Positions 6,722-14,490 of a stretch of 19,113 nt of DNA are shown piece after piece. The translations under genes were made by a program, and so were the position numbers. The notes beneath the pieces were generated by a model. The model saw nothing but the letters and a program-made list of their open reading frames with translations, ran no database searches and had not been told where the DNA came from. This stretch comes from a virus (lineage: Duplodnaviria; Heunggongvirae; Uroviricota; Caudoviricetes). Position 1 is the first letter of the stretch, and each line of letters opens with the position of its first letter. The DNA lies in IMG/VR virus record IMGVR_UViG_2648501299_000003, positions 1 through 19,113 of that record, one strand, 5' to 3'.

Positions 6722-7102
6722 TTAAGGCCATTGGGTTGGTGGAAGATCGTGGGTTTTTATCTGCGTATTTGCTTCCACACATTTATCATAGTCTAATTTC
6801 TCTACAGCAAGCAATAGTGATTCAGCATACATCAATCCTTGTTTGATGTTCATAACATTTATGCTTGCACTTGCGGCATCCATATCCTTTGCTGTCTCTA
6901 CCATGTGCTCAAAGCTTTGAGCAATAGAGTCAACACCGTTTTTCATCCTTGTAAACACTAATTTTAGCTCATCAAGGCTTGGATTCGTTAGATCATACAT
7001 CCCATGCATTCCATGGGCTTCGAATAACTCTGACAACGATCTAAGGGCGAAGTTCACAGAATCAATAACTTGGTCGTACTTTTTCTTATCAAGATCATTC
7101 AT
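6722..7102 (-). CDS. immunity-region cargo protein of unknown function (126 aa), rexAB position
   Basis: ORF directly downstream of cI on the same strand in a visibly AT-rich segment; no recognisable motif or TM segment; weak SD. Confidence 0.6.
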   Translation of the reverse strand: MNDLDKKKYDQVIDSVNFALRSLSELFEAHGMHGMYDLTNPSLDELKLVFTRMKNGVDSIAQSFEHMVETAKDMDAASASINVMNIKQGLMYAESLLLAVEKLDYDKCVEANTQIKTHDLPPTQWP

Positions 7103-7168
7103 TAAAAATATAACCTTTTAACTATTTGATATTGCTGCATTTATATCAATATATGCATTTCACATATA

Positions 7169-7828
7169 TCACCCAAACGTCTCTTCAGGCCATTGACTGG
7201 CGATAACCTTGCCTACAATGTTGCAGTTCTCATTGCATGGGATGATTGGAAACTGCGGATTAAGTGGTTGCAAAAACACTTGCCCACTATCTTTGATCAG
7301 TTTTTTGAATGTGAATTCATCGCCACCAAGTCTAGCGATACAGAAATCACCAGGATCAACAGGTTGTTCAGGGTCAACCAAGATTAACATTCCATCAGGA
7401 AAGCTTGGTTTCGATCCTGCCGGAGCTGTCATTGAGTTGCCTTCAACCTCAAGCCAGAATGCAGAATCACTGGCTTTTTTAGTTGTGCTTACCCATTTCT
7501 CCGCATCACCTTTGGTAAAGGTTCTAAGCTCAGGCGAGAACATCCCGGCCTGAACATGAGAAAAAACAGGGTACTCATATTGTTTTTTAACGGGGGCTGA
7601 TGAGTATTCGCCAACAGGTGAAAATGTACCGTCGTGGTTGAATGAGACGTTATTAATACCAAGGTACTTAAACACCACACCAATCTCGTCAAGAGATGGA
7701 TGACGAGATCCGCGCAACCAGTGGCCAATTCCACCCTGCGTCATACCAAGCTCTTCAGCTAACTTCTCTTGAGTTATGCTGAGTTCTTTCATTCTGGATC
7801 TAGCCAGTTCATACCATTTCATTTTCAT
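7169..7828 (-). CDS. cI: CI-type prophage repressor (HTH N-domain + LexA/S24-like autocleavage domain, about 219 aa)
   Basis: C-terminal about 135 aa ([22 protein letters not shown]...GNSMTAP...FTFKKL...[11 protein letters not shown]) nearly identical to recalled lambda CI; N-terminal HTH domain different; start at ATG 7828 (MKMKW) or 7822, upstream TTG-initiated track extension unlikely. Confidence 0.85.
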   Translation of the reverse strand: MKMKWYELARSRMKELSITQEKLAEELGMTQGGIGHWLRGSRHPSLDEIGVVFKYLGINNVSFNHDGTFSPVGEYSSAPVKKQYEYPVFSHVQAGMFSPELRTFTKGDAEKWVSTTKKASDSAFWLEVEGNSMTAPAGSKPSFPDGMLILVDPEQPVDPGDFCIARLGGDEFTFKKLIKDSGQVFLQPLNPQFPIIPCNENCNIVGKVIASQWPEETFG

Positions 7829-7837
7829 ACCCTCATT

Positions 7838-7912
7838 ATTACGCTCCGTACTAAAACCATCCATGCACAAGATGTATTTTTTCGATTGCATTCCAAAAGT
7901 ACATATCGTATT
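7838..7912. promoter_or_regulatory. candidate OR operators flanking divergent pRM/pR
   Basis: ATTACgctccGTACT (7838-7852) and AGTACatatcGTATT (7898-7912), plus a weaker middle site TGCACaagatGTATT (7864-7878); same half-site family as OL. Confidence 0.5.
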
Positions 7913-7914
7913 AT
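7886..7914 (+). promoter_or_regulatory. pR-like early rightward promoter
   Basis: -35 TTGCAT (7886-7891), 17-bp spacer, -10 TATTAT (7909-7914); overlapped by the 7898-7912 operator; cro RBS GGAGG at 7933-7937. Confidence 0.5.
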
Positions 7915-7940
7915 TGTTTCATGGTTACTATGGAGGGCAT

Positions 7941-8156
7941 ATGAGCAACCTACGAAAATATCGAGAGTCACTGAAGATCTCTCAAACAACCCTTGCTAAG
8001 GCTGTTGGATGCACACAGGGTGCTATCGGACATTGGGAATCTGGTCGTCGCTTCCCAGACCTTAAAACATGCCGTGCTCTTGTTGCGTGCCTAAACAAGT
8101 TCGGCGCAAAAGTCAGTCTTGATGACGTGTTCCCGCCGGAACACCAATCCGCTTAA
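7941..8156 (+). CDS. cro: Cro-like HTH (XRE-family) regulator (71 aa)
   Basis: ATG 7941 with GGAGG 4 nt upstream, divergent from cI; HTH-like QTTLAKAVGCTQGAIGHWESG; track ORF begins at an upstream alternative start. Confidence 0.8.
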   Translation: MSNLRKYRESLKISQTTLAKAVGCTQGAIGHWESGRRFPDLKTCRALVACLNKFGAKVSLDDVFPPEHQSA

Positions 8157-8167
8157 TAAGCGGATCC

Positions 8168-8212
8168 ACTCTTTTCACAATGGACATTCGTCCTACGTCG
8201 CTGACAAAGCGA
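8168..8212 (+). promoter_or_regulatory. nutR: boxA-like element plus boxB hairpin
   Basis: boxB TCGCTGACAAAGCGA at 8198-8212 (5-bp stem, GACAA loop, same loop as nutL); upstream CACTCTTTTCACAA (8168-8181) resembles boxA but the spacer is longer than in lambda. Confidence 0.55.
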
Positions 8213-8296
8213 GCCCCAAGATATCTGACCAACTAAGGCCATATGCGTTTCAACGCATACCTTTCAACTAACTATTCACTATTGGAAAATTAACAA

Positions 8297-8596
8297 ATGA
8301 CACAAGCAAGTTACAGCAAGCCAACACAGCGAGAAATTGATCGCGCAGAAACAGATTTACTCATCAACCTGTCAACGCTTACCCAGCGCGGTCTGGCAAA
8401 GATGATTGGCTGTCATGAATCGAAGATAAGCAGAACGGACTGGAGATTTATTGCTTCGGTCTTGTGTGCTTTCGGAATGGCATCAGACATCAGTCCGATT
8501 AGCAGGGCTTTTAAGTATGCGCTTGATGAAATCACCAATAAAAAACGCCCGGTGTGCAAGACCGAGCGTTCTGAACAAATCCAGATGGAGTTCTGA
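8297..8596 (+). CDS. cII: CII transcriptional activator (99 aa)
   Basis: C-terminus ...TNKKRPVCKTERSEQIQMEF almost identical to recalled lambda CII; gene begins with GCAA-N6-GCAA (pRE site on the opposite strand). Confidence 0.85.
   Translation: MTQASYSKPTQREIDRAETDLLINLSTLTQRGLAKMIGCHESKISRTDWRFIASVLCAFGMASDISPISRAFKYALDEITNKKRPVCKTERSEQIQMEF
8306..8319 (-). promoter_or_regulatory. pRE-type CII binding site (TTGC-N6-TTGC)
   Basis: Plus strand GCAAgttacaGCAA inside the 5' end of cII, the same arrangement as lambda pRE. Confidence 0.55.
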
Positions 8597-8628
8597 GGTC
8601 ATTACTGGATCAATCCACAGGAGTCATT

Positions 8629-8790
8629 ATGACAAAACGTCGTAAGAAATACCAGGAAAAAGAAGAGATTCGACACCCTGATTCACCTGAGGGATTAGTG
8701 GTAGCCGCAGCAAATAACAGGGCGTTCGCAGAGCGCCTTGTTGGTGTTTACAGACTAGCCAAAGCAGGAGTGAAACATGGGCGTCGTTAA
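8629..8790 (+). CDS. small basic ORF (53 aa) between cII and O
   Basis: ATG 8629 with AGGAG 5 nt upstream; overlaps the O start by 14 nt; below track cutoff. Confidence 0.35.
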   Translation: MTKRRKKYQEKEEIRHPDSPEGLVVAAANNRAFAERLVGVYRLAKAGVKHGRR

Positions 8791-9667
8791 GTTAGCTGAT
8801 TACAGGCATAACCCTGTACAACATCAGGAGGCATCCAGTATGGGGTATGTCTCTATACACCGCCAGTTTATGGACAGCAGGCTCTATAAGGACTCTCAGG
8901 CAGTACATCTTTGGCTTCACTTAATCCTCAAGGCTAATCACGAATCTACTGTCGTCAATACGGATATCGGTCCGATAACTGTTGATCGCGGTCAGATGAT
9001 AACTGGACGCCCGTCGCTGGTCAGAGAAACATTCATCCCCGACAACAAAGTTCGGAGCTTATTGCGGACTTTTGAGTCGAAAGGGATGCTTAATATTTGC
9101 TCGATGGGGAAGAAATTTAGCCTGTTTACAATCGTTAAATATGACGATTTTCAGGCAAAAAATTGTCCAACGGTTGTCCAACGGTTGTCCAACGCAAACA
9201 GCAGTAATGGCGCGGCTCTCAGCGGAGATTGTCCAACGGTTGTCCAACGGTTGTCCATAAACAATAATATAAATAATATCTCTAATACTGACGTATTAGA
9301 GAGTGCCACAGCAGACAAAAAGTCTGACAAGAAAAAACCTTCCGTTAGCTGTCAGGATGTTGTCGATGCTTACCACGAAATCCTTCCTGAAGCGCCAAGA
9401 ATCCGCGCACTGAATGACAAGCGTAAAAACCAGATCCGAACGTTCTGGCGCAAAGCCGGAGTGATAACCCGCCAGCTTGACGGGCATGGGTTCACGATGC
9501 AGGACTGGAGAAATTATTTGAGCTACGTAGGCGAAAATTGCCGATGGATGTTCGAAGAGCGCCCAAACCATCAACGCGGAACCGTCTGGCACAAAAAGGG
9601 ATTTGATTTCCTGCTTAACGACAATACCTACCTGAAAGTTCGTGAGGGTGAACACGATGACCGATAA
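8777..9667 (+). CDS. replication initiator, lambda O-like by position and internal iterons (296 aa)
   Basis: ATG 8777 with AGGAG 6 nt upstream; iteron clusters and an AT-rich tract inside the gene, as in lambda O/ori. Confidence 0.7.
   Translation: MGVVKLADYRHNPVQHQEASSMGYVSIHRQFMDSRLYKDSQAVHLWLHLILKANHESTVVNTDIGPITVDRGQMITGRPSLVRETFIPDNKVRSLLRTFESKGMLNICSMGKKFSLFTIVKYDDFQAKNCPTVVQRLSNANSSNGAALSGDCPTVVQRLSINNNINNISNTDVLESATADKKSDKKKPSVSCQDVVDAYHEILPEAPRIRALNDKRKNQIRTFWRKAGVITRQLDGHGFTMQDWRNYLSYVGENCRWMFEERPNHQRGTVWHKKGFDFLLNDNTYLKVREGEHDDR
9162..9258. repeat. origin iterons: two clusters of 11-bp TTGTCCAACGG repeats
   Basis: Three copies at 9163-9195 and about 2.7 copies at 9229-9258; a 30-bp unit (ATTGTCCAACGGTTGTCCAACGGTTGTCCA) is exactly duplicated 66 bp apart; AT-rich tract follows at 9259-9300. 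Confidence 0.75.
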
Positions 9668-11093
9668 TTTTTATGCGCCGCCCCATAGCATCGAGGCAGA
9701 GCAGGCGGTGATTGGTGGATTGCTTCTGGATGATGACAGCAGTGAGCGCGTCCAGAAAGTTCTGGCGATGCTGAAGCCTGATTCATTTTACAGCCGACCA
9801 CACAAAATCATTTTCGAAGAAATAACCAGAATGCACCGGGAGCAAAAGCCAGTAGATGGCCTGACGCTTTTCGATGAACTGGAGCGTAAATCGTTAACGG
9901 CGTCTGTTGGCGGTTTTGCTTATATCGCTGAGATCGCAAAGAACACGCCAAGCGCCGCAAACATCGTTGCCTATGCAATGCAGGTTCGCGAAACCGCAAT
10001 GGAACGCTACGCCATCAACCGCATGACTGAAGCGACGGAATTGCTATATTCCCGCAACGGAATGACTGCAACGCAGAAGTACGAAGCTATTCAGGCGATT
10101 TTCACGCAACTGACAGACCATGCAAAAACCGGATCGCGTCGCGGCCTTCGCTCATTTGGTGAGGTCATGGAAGACTGGGTTAGCGACCTTGAGAAGCGAT
10201 TTGACCCGTCAGGCGAACAACGAGGAATGAGCACAGGGATCCAATCGCTGGACAGGATGCTGTCACCGAAAGGTCTGGTGAAAGGCTCTCTGTTTGTCAT
10301 TGGCGCTCGCCCTAAGATGGGGAAAACGACGCTATACAGCCAGATGGCAATCAACTGCGCAGTGCATGAGAAAAAGCCCGCTCTGATGTTCAGCCTTGAA
10401 ATGCCAGGTGACCAGATACTGGAAAAACTGGTAGGGCAGAAGTCAGGTATTAACCCAAATATTTTTTACCTTCCGGCGACAAATGACGCTGATGACGGTT
10501 ATCAGGGTGATTACGATGGTGACTTCAACAGGGCGATCGAAACAGCCAATCGCTTGAGTGAAATCGACCTGCTTTACATCGACGACACGCCGGGATTATC
10601 TCTGGCTCAAATCGTCAGCGAAAGCCGTCGAATCAAGCGAGAAAAAGGATGTGTTGGCATGATTCTGGTCGATTACCTGACACTAATGACTGCTGAGAAG
10701 GCCGATCGCAACGACCTTGCTTACGGCATGATCACCAAAGGACTGAAGAACCTTGCCAAAGAGCTTGATTGCGTTGTTGTGCTTCTGACACAGCTTAACC
10801 GCGCACTGGAAAGCCGAACCAATAAACGCCCATTACCAAGTGACTCACGAGATACAGGGCAGATTGAACAGGATTGCGATTATTGGGTGGGGATCCATCG
10901 TGAAGGCGCTTTTGATGACAGTGTTCCACCTGGTGAAACTGAACTAATCCTTCGTCTCAATCGTCATGGCAATACCGGCACGGTGTATTGCATTCAGGCA
11001 AATGGCGCTATTTATGACACAGACCAACAGTCTGCTGAAATGCGCCGCCGTGAACGCGAGGAACCGCAGTCCAAGAAGAAAGGAGGATTCTGA
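9657..11093 (+). CDS. DnaB-family replicative helicase (about 478 aa)
   Basis: DnaB N-domain signature (HSIEAEQAVIGGLLL) and Walker A GARPKMGKTT; ATG 9657 with GAGGG about 8 nt upstream, overlapping the O stop; track start 9642 is GTG. Confidence 0.85.
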   Translation: MTDNFYAPPHSIEAEQAVIGGLLLDDDSSERVQKVLAMLKPDSFYSRPHKIIFEEITRMHREQKPVDGLTLFDELERKSLTASVGGFAYIAEIAKNTPSAANIVAYAMQVRETAMERYAINRMTEATELLYSRNGMTATQKYEAIQAIFTQLTDHAKTGSRRGLRSFGEVMEDWVSDLEKRFDPSGEQRGMSTGIQSLDRMLSPKGLVKGSLFVIGARPKMGKTTLYSQMAINCAVHEKKPALMFSLEMPGDQILEKLVGQKSGINPNIFYLPATNDADDGYQGDYDGDFNRAIETANRLSEIDLLYIDDTPGLSLAQIVSESRRIKREKGCVGMILVDYLTLMTAEKADRNDLAYGMITKGLKNLAKELDCVVVLLTQLNRALESRTNKRPLPSDSRDTGQIEQDCDYWVGIHREGAFDDSVPPGETELILRLNRHGNTGTVYCIQANGAIYDTDQQSAEMRRREREEPQSKKKGGF

Positions 11094-11197
11094 TGACCAT
11101 CTACATCACTGAGCTAATAGCAGGGTTATCGTTACTAATGGTTCTTACTGTATATATTATTAAGTATATTCTTTATGCGAATAAAAAAACTAATTGA
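11093..11197 (+). CDS. small hydrophobic single-TM peptide (34 aa)
   Basis: ATG 11093 overlapping the helicase stop (TGATG) with AGGAGG 6 nt upstream; MTIYITELIAGLSLLMVLTVYIIKYILYANKKTN; overlaps the start of the next gene; below track cutoff. Confidence 0.4.
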   Translation: MTIYITELIAGLSLLMVLTVYIIKYILYANKKTN

Positions 11198-11786
11198 TCA
11201 CGATGAGCTTCTGTCAACATTATCATATGACTCAGAAACAGGAATATTTAAATGGCTAAAAACAAATTCAGTAGTAAGAGTAAAAGGTAGTATTGCTGGA
11301 GGTGTTAGTGGTGGTTATATATGCATTAGCATAAATAATGTTTTGTATTATGCGCATAGACTTGCTTGGTTCTATGTATACAAAAAATGGCCTCCTAAGT
11401 TTATTGATCATGTAAATGGGAACAGACTTGACAATAGGATTTCAAATCTAAGACTGGCAACAGAAGAGCAGAATGCAAGAAACATTGTAGGGAATAGATT
11501 AAACACATCCGGTGCAATTGGAGTGTCTTGGTATAAGCCAACTGGCAGGTGGAAGTCTTATGTTGGTTATAAAAATAAGACAATATCGTTAGGGTATTTC
11601 GATAGCAAAGAAGATGCAGCATTCATAGCAGCACTAGCAAGAAAGAAACTATATGGAACTTATGCGAGTAAAGCACTTAATTGCGAGCATGAGCTTTTAT
11701 CTCAATTTAATAATGATGAGGATAAACTTGCGGAATATCTTAAGGAAAAATCTAAAAGGACTCGAAAGCGTGTTAAAAACAGATAA
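11175..11786 (+). CDS. HNH endonuclease with C-terminal AP2 DNA-binding domain (homing-endonuclease-like, 203 aa)
   Basis: HNH motif FIDHVNGNRLDNRISNLRLAT and AP2-like GVSWYKPTGRWKSYVGYKNKTISLGYFDSKEDAAFIAALARKKLYG; gene lies in a strongly AT-rich segment. Confidence 0.8.
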   Translation: MRIKKLIDHDELLSTLSYDSETGIFKWLKTNSVVRVKGSIAGGVSGGYICISINNVLYYAHRLAWFYVYKKWPPKFIDHVNGNRLDNRISNLRLATEEQNARNIVGNRLNTSGAIGVSWYKPTGRWKSYVGYKNKTISLGYFDSKEDAAFIAALARKKLYGTYASKALNCEHELLSQFNNDEDKLAEYLKEKSKRTRKRVKNR

Positions 11787-11820
11787 AGGCCTGCTGGTAA
11801 TCGCAGGCCTTTTTATTTTG
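11785..11820 (+). terminator. intrinsic terminator after the HNH-AP2 gene
   Basis: Stem GGCCTGC (11788-11794) / GCAGGCC (11803-11809), extended by AAA/TTT, then TTTTTATTTT to 11819; starts at the HNH stop codon. Confidence 0.7.
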
Positions 11821-11846
11821 GGGAGAGTAATTGGAGGCTTTAAGAA

Positions 11847-12074
11847 ATGAGTTCGATGACTGAGCTTGTCCGCGCCGACTTTCAGGAGAACATTGGTCGT
11901 GCAAAGCGGTACTGGTCTGCTTCCAGACTTCCGACTGGCGAGAGACAGAAAAACGCCCCTAAGCCACGTATCTATCCGCGTGACCGCGTTCTTCGCCGGT
12001 TGTTCAGACTCAACAATGAGTTTCAGCGCAACAGAATTATCCAGCAATTAGATTTGATGACTGATGATGAATGA
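11847..12074 (+). CDS. hypothetical nin-region protein (75 aa)
   Basis: ATG 11847 with GGAGG 9 nt upstream; overlaps the NinB start. Confidence 0.5.
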   Translation: MSSMTELVRADFQENIGRAKRYWSASRLPTGERQKNAPKPRIYPRDRVLRRLFRLNNEFQRNRIIQQLDLMTDDE

Positions 12075-12489
12075 TTTCATTCTGCACGAAACCAATAAAT
12101 CACAATTCTGGTTAGTTCTGAAACAAATCCTCTCTACTGGCAAACGCTGGCGAATCAAAATATCTGAGTACCGTGAAAAGCGTACATTGTCACAAAACAA
12201 TCTGCTGTGGATGTGGAATGCAGAAATAGCCGCACAGTTATCTGCTGCTTCTGCTGAAAACTTCACGCCTGAAGAGGTTCATGAGTGGCTGAAAGATATA
12301 TTTTGTCCGGCTAAAAGGGTGACGATTTTTAATATTACACGATGCGTTAAATCAACACGTCAGCTTGATATTGGAGATATGCACAAATATCTGACCGATA
12401 TTGACCAGTGGGCGCATCAGAAGGGATTACGACTAACCATTCCTGATAATTGCGAGTACCGGGATCTAAAGGAGAGGCAAGTAGAGTGA
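12064..12489 (+). CDS. ninB: NinB-like recombination protein (141 aa)
   Basis: RTLSQNNLLWMW resembles the recalled NinB SLDQN..LW motif; position at the start of the nin region. Confidence 0.55.
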   Translation: MMNDFILHETNKSQFWLVLKQILSTGKRWRIKISEYREKRTLSQNNLLWMWNAEIAAQLSAASAENFTPEEVHEWLKDIFCPAKRVTIFNITRCVKSTRQLDIGDMHKYLTDIDQWAHQKGLRLTIPDNCEYRDLKERQVE

Positions 12490-13013
12490 CTATCAAATCA
12501 AATACGCCAGCGTCAGATAGGTATCGGCTTATTGAGGATTATCTGTATTTAGACGGAGATACAGTCAGATACAAAAAGGACTCGCTAAAACACCCCAACC
12601 ACAGCCACCGGGCAGGAGATGAAATTAAAACATCGATAAATGGATCTGGGTATAGACAGGTGTGTTTTGCAGGCATTCAGATGTTTGTTCACGTAGTTGT
12701 TTTTGCGCTGCACAACAAAAGAATGCCATTGAAAAATATTGACCATATTAACGGAAACAGGCTGGACAATTCCCCAAAAAATCTTAGGGAGGCAAGCCGG
12801 ATAGCAAACAGCCGAAATCAGAAAACTAAGTGCAATAGCCGTTCTGGAATAAAAAATGTTTTATGGAACAAGCAAAAAAATAAATGGGCCGTTCAAGTGC
12901 GCACAGATTTTGGCCGGTTGTATTTTGGGCTCTATGAAGATCTTGAACTTGCTTGTTTGGTTGCCAGTGAGGCTATCAACAAATATCACGGACAATATGC
13001 GAAGGTTGTATGA
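12486..13013 (+). CDS. second HNH endonuclease with AP2 domain (about 175 aa, GTG start)
   Basis: HNH motif NIDHINGNRLDNSPKNLR and AP2-like GIKNVLWNKQKNKWAVQVRTDFGRLYFGLYEDLELA; GTG 12486 overlapping the NinB stop (GTGA) with GGAGAGG 8 nt upstream; track start 12450 is TTG. Confidence 0.7.
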   Translation: MTIKSNTPASDRYRLIEDYLYLDGDTVRYKKDSLKHPNHSHRAGDEIKTSINGSGYRQVCFAGIQMFVHVVVFALHNKRMPLKNIDHINGNRLDNSPKNLREASRIANSRNQKTKCNSRSGIKNVLWNKQKNKWAVQVRTDFGRLYFGLYEDLELACLVASEAINKYHGQYAKVV

Positions 13014-13540
13014 TTAAGCATAAATCAGAAACACCAAAAGAAGTTAGAGACTGCTGGCAAACTCCGCTTTGGCTTTTTGATGCACTGGATATTGAGTTTG
13101 GATTCTGGCTGGATTCGGCAGCGAGCGACAAAAATGCTCTGTGCGCTCACTGGCTAACTGAGGCCGACGACGCGCTCAATTCTGAGTGGGTAAGCCACGG
13201 TGCAATCTGGAATAACCCACCGTACAGCAATATCAGGCCGTGGGTGGAAAAAGCCGCTGAGCAGTGCATACAACAGCGACAGACGGTAGTTATGCTTGTG
13301 CCAGAGGATATGTCTGTCGGATGGTTCAGCAAGGCTCTGGAGAGTGTCGACGAAGTTCGCATTATCACTGATGGACGGATTAATTTTATCGAACCATCGA
13401 CAGGGCTGGAGAAGAAGGGAAACAGCAAAGGTTCCATGCTGCTGATTTGGCGACCGTTCATCAGTCCTCGACGGATGTTTACTACCGTATCCAAAGCGGC
13501 ATTGATGACGATCGGGCAGGGCGTCAGGAGGGCGGCATGA
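13010..13540 (+). CDS. phage-type DNA N6-adenine methyltransferase (Dam-like, 176 aa)
   Basis: NPPY catalytic motif (IWNNPPYS) and WQTP N-terminal pattern; ATG overlaps the HNH stop (ATGA). Confidence 0.7.
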   Translation: MIKHKSETPKEVRDCWQTPLWLFDALDIEFGFWLDSAASDKNALCAHWLTEADDALNSEWVSHGAIWNNPPYSNIRPWVEKAAEQCIQQRQTVVMLVPEDMSVGWFSKALESVDEVRIITDGRINFIEPSTGLEKKGNSKGSMLLIWRPFISPRRMFTTVSKAALMTIGQGVRRAA

Positions 13541-13719
13541 GGCGACAGCGACGAAGTATCACCGACATCATCTGCGAAAACTGCAAATACCTTCCAACGA
13601 AGCGCTCCAGAAATAAACGCAAGCCAATCCCAAAAGAATCTGACGTAAAAACCTTCAATTACACGGCTCACCTGTGGGATATCCGGTGGCTAAGACATCG
13701 TGCGAGGAATACAAGGTGA
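13537..13719 (+). CDS. ninE: NinE (60 aa)
   Basis: [23 protein letters not shown]... matches recalled lambda NinE; ATG overlaps the Dam stop with GGAGGG upstream; lies inside the longer track ORF 13447..13719. Confidence 0.75.
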   Translation: MRRQRRSITDIICENCKYLPTKRSRNKRKPIPKESDVKTFNYTAHLWDIRWLRHRARNTR

Positions 13720-13886
13720 TTGACCCAAATCGAAGTTACGAACAAGAAAGCGTCGAGCGGGCTTTAACGTGCGCTAACTGCGGTCAAAAGCTGCATTTTC
13801 TGGAAGTTCACGTGTGCTCCGATTGCTGCGCAGAACTGATGAGCGATCCGAATAGCTCAATGTACGAGGAAGAAGACGATGGCTAA
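13716..13886 (+). CDS. ninF: NinF (about 56 aa, GTG start; alternative ATG 13674)
   Basis: [46 protein letters not shown] matches recalled lambda NinF; GTG 13716 overlaps the NinE stop with GAGG upstream. Confidence 0.7.
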   Translation: MIDPNRSYEQESVERALTCANCGQKLHFLEVHVCSDCCAELMSDPNSSMYEEEDDG

Positions 13887-14490
13887 ACCAGCGCGAAGAC
13901 GATGTAAAAACGATGAATGTCGGGAATGGTTTCACCCTGCATTCGCTAATCAGTGGTGGTGCTCTCCAGAGTGTGGAACAAAGATAGCACTCGAACGACG
14001 AAGTAAAGAACGCGAAAAAGCGGAAAAAGCAGCAGAGAAGAAACTACGACGAGAGGAGCAGAAACAGAAAGATAAACTGAAGATTCGAAAACTCGCCTTA
14101 AAGCCCCGCAGTTACTGGATTAAACAAGCCCAACAAGCCGTAAACGCCTTCATCAGAGAAAGAGACCGCGACTTACCATGTATCTCGTGCGGAACGCTCA
14201 CGTCTGCTCAGTGGGATGCCGGACATTACCGGACAACTGCTGCGGCACCTCAACTCCGATTTGATGAACGCAATATTCACAAGCAATGCGTGGTGTGCAA
14301 CCAGCATAAAAGCGGAAATCTCGTTCCGTATCGCGTCGAACTGATTAACCGAATCGGGCAGGAAGCAGTAGACGAAATCGAATCAAACCATAACCGCCAT
14401 CGCTGGACTGTCGAAGAGTGCAGGGCCATCAAGGCAGAGTACCAACAGAAACTCAAAGACCTGCGAAACAGCAGAAGTGAGGCCGCATGA
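13879..14490 (+). CDS. ninG: NinG (Rap-like recombination protein, 203 aa)
   Basis: Near identity to recalled lambda NinG ([10 protein letters not shown]...WWCSPECG...[30 protein letters not shown]...). Confidence 0.85.
   Translation: MAKPARRRCKNDECREWFHPAFANQWWCSPECGTKIALERRSKEREKAEKAAEKKLRREEQKQKDKLKIRKLALKPRSYWIKQAQQAVNAFIRERDRDLPCISCGTLTSAQWDAGHYRTTAAAPQLRFDERNIHKQCVVCNQHKSGNLVPYRVELINRIGQEAVDEIESNHNRHRWTVEECRAIKAEYQQKLKDLRNSRSEAA

Noticed and set aside
7193-7734. ORFs 7193..7387, 7209..7553 (plus) and 7489..7734 (minus)
   Set aside because: All lie inside the cI repressor gene in other frames or antisense; cI is supported by near identity to the lambda CI C-terminal domain
7776-7940. 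N-terminal extension of the cro ORF in the track (start 7776)
   Set aside because: It would overlap the cI start and the operator region; ATG 7941 with GGAGG upstream gives a 71-aa Cro-sized HTH protein
9296-9655. Minus-strand 119-aa ORF
   Set aside because: Antisense within the O-like initiator gene; no supporting signals
13447-13536. N-terminal extension of NinE in the track (start 13447)
   Set aside because: It overlaps Dam in another frame; ATG 13537 has an ATGA overlap with the Dam stop and matches the recalled lambda NinE N-terminus
13147-13671. Minus-strand 174-aa ORF
   Set aside because: Antisense to the Dam methyltransferase and NinE genes, which have clear motifs and coupled starts; no RBS noted
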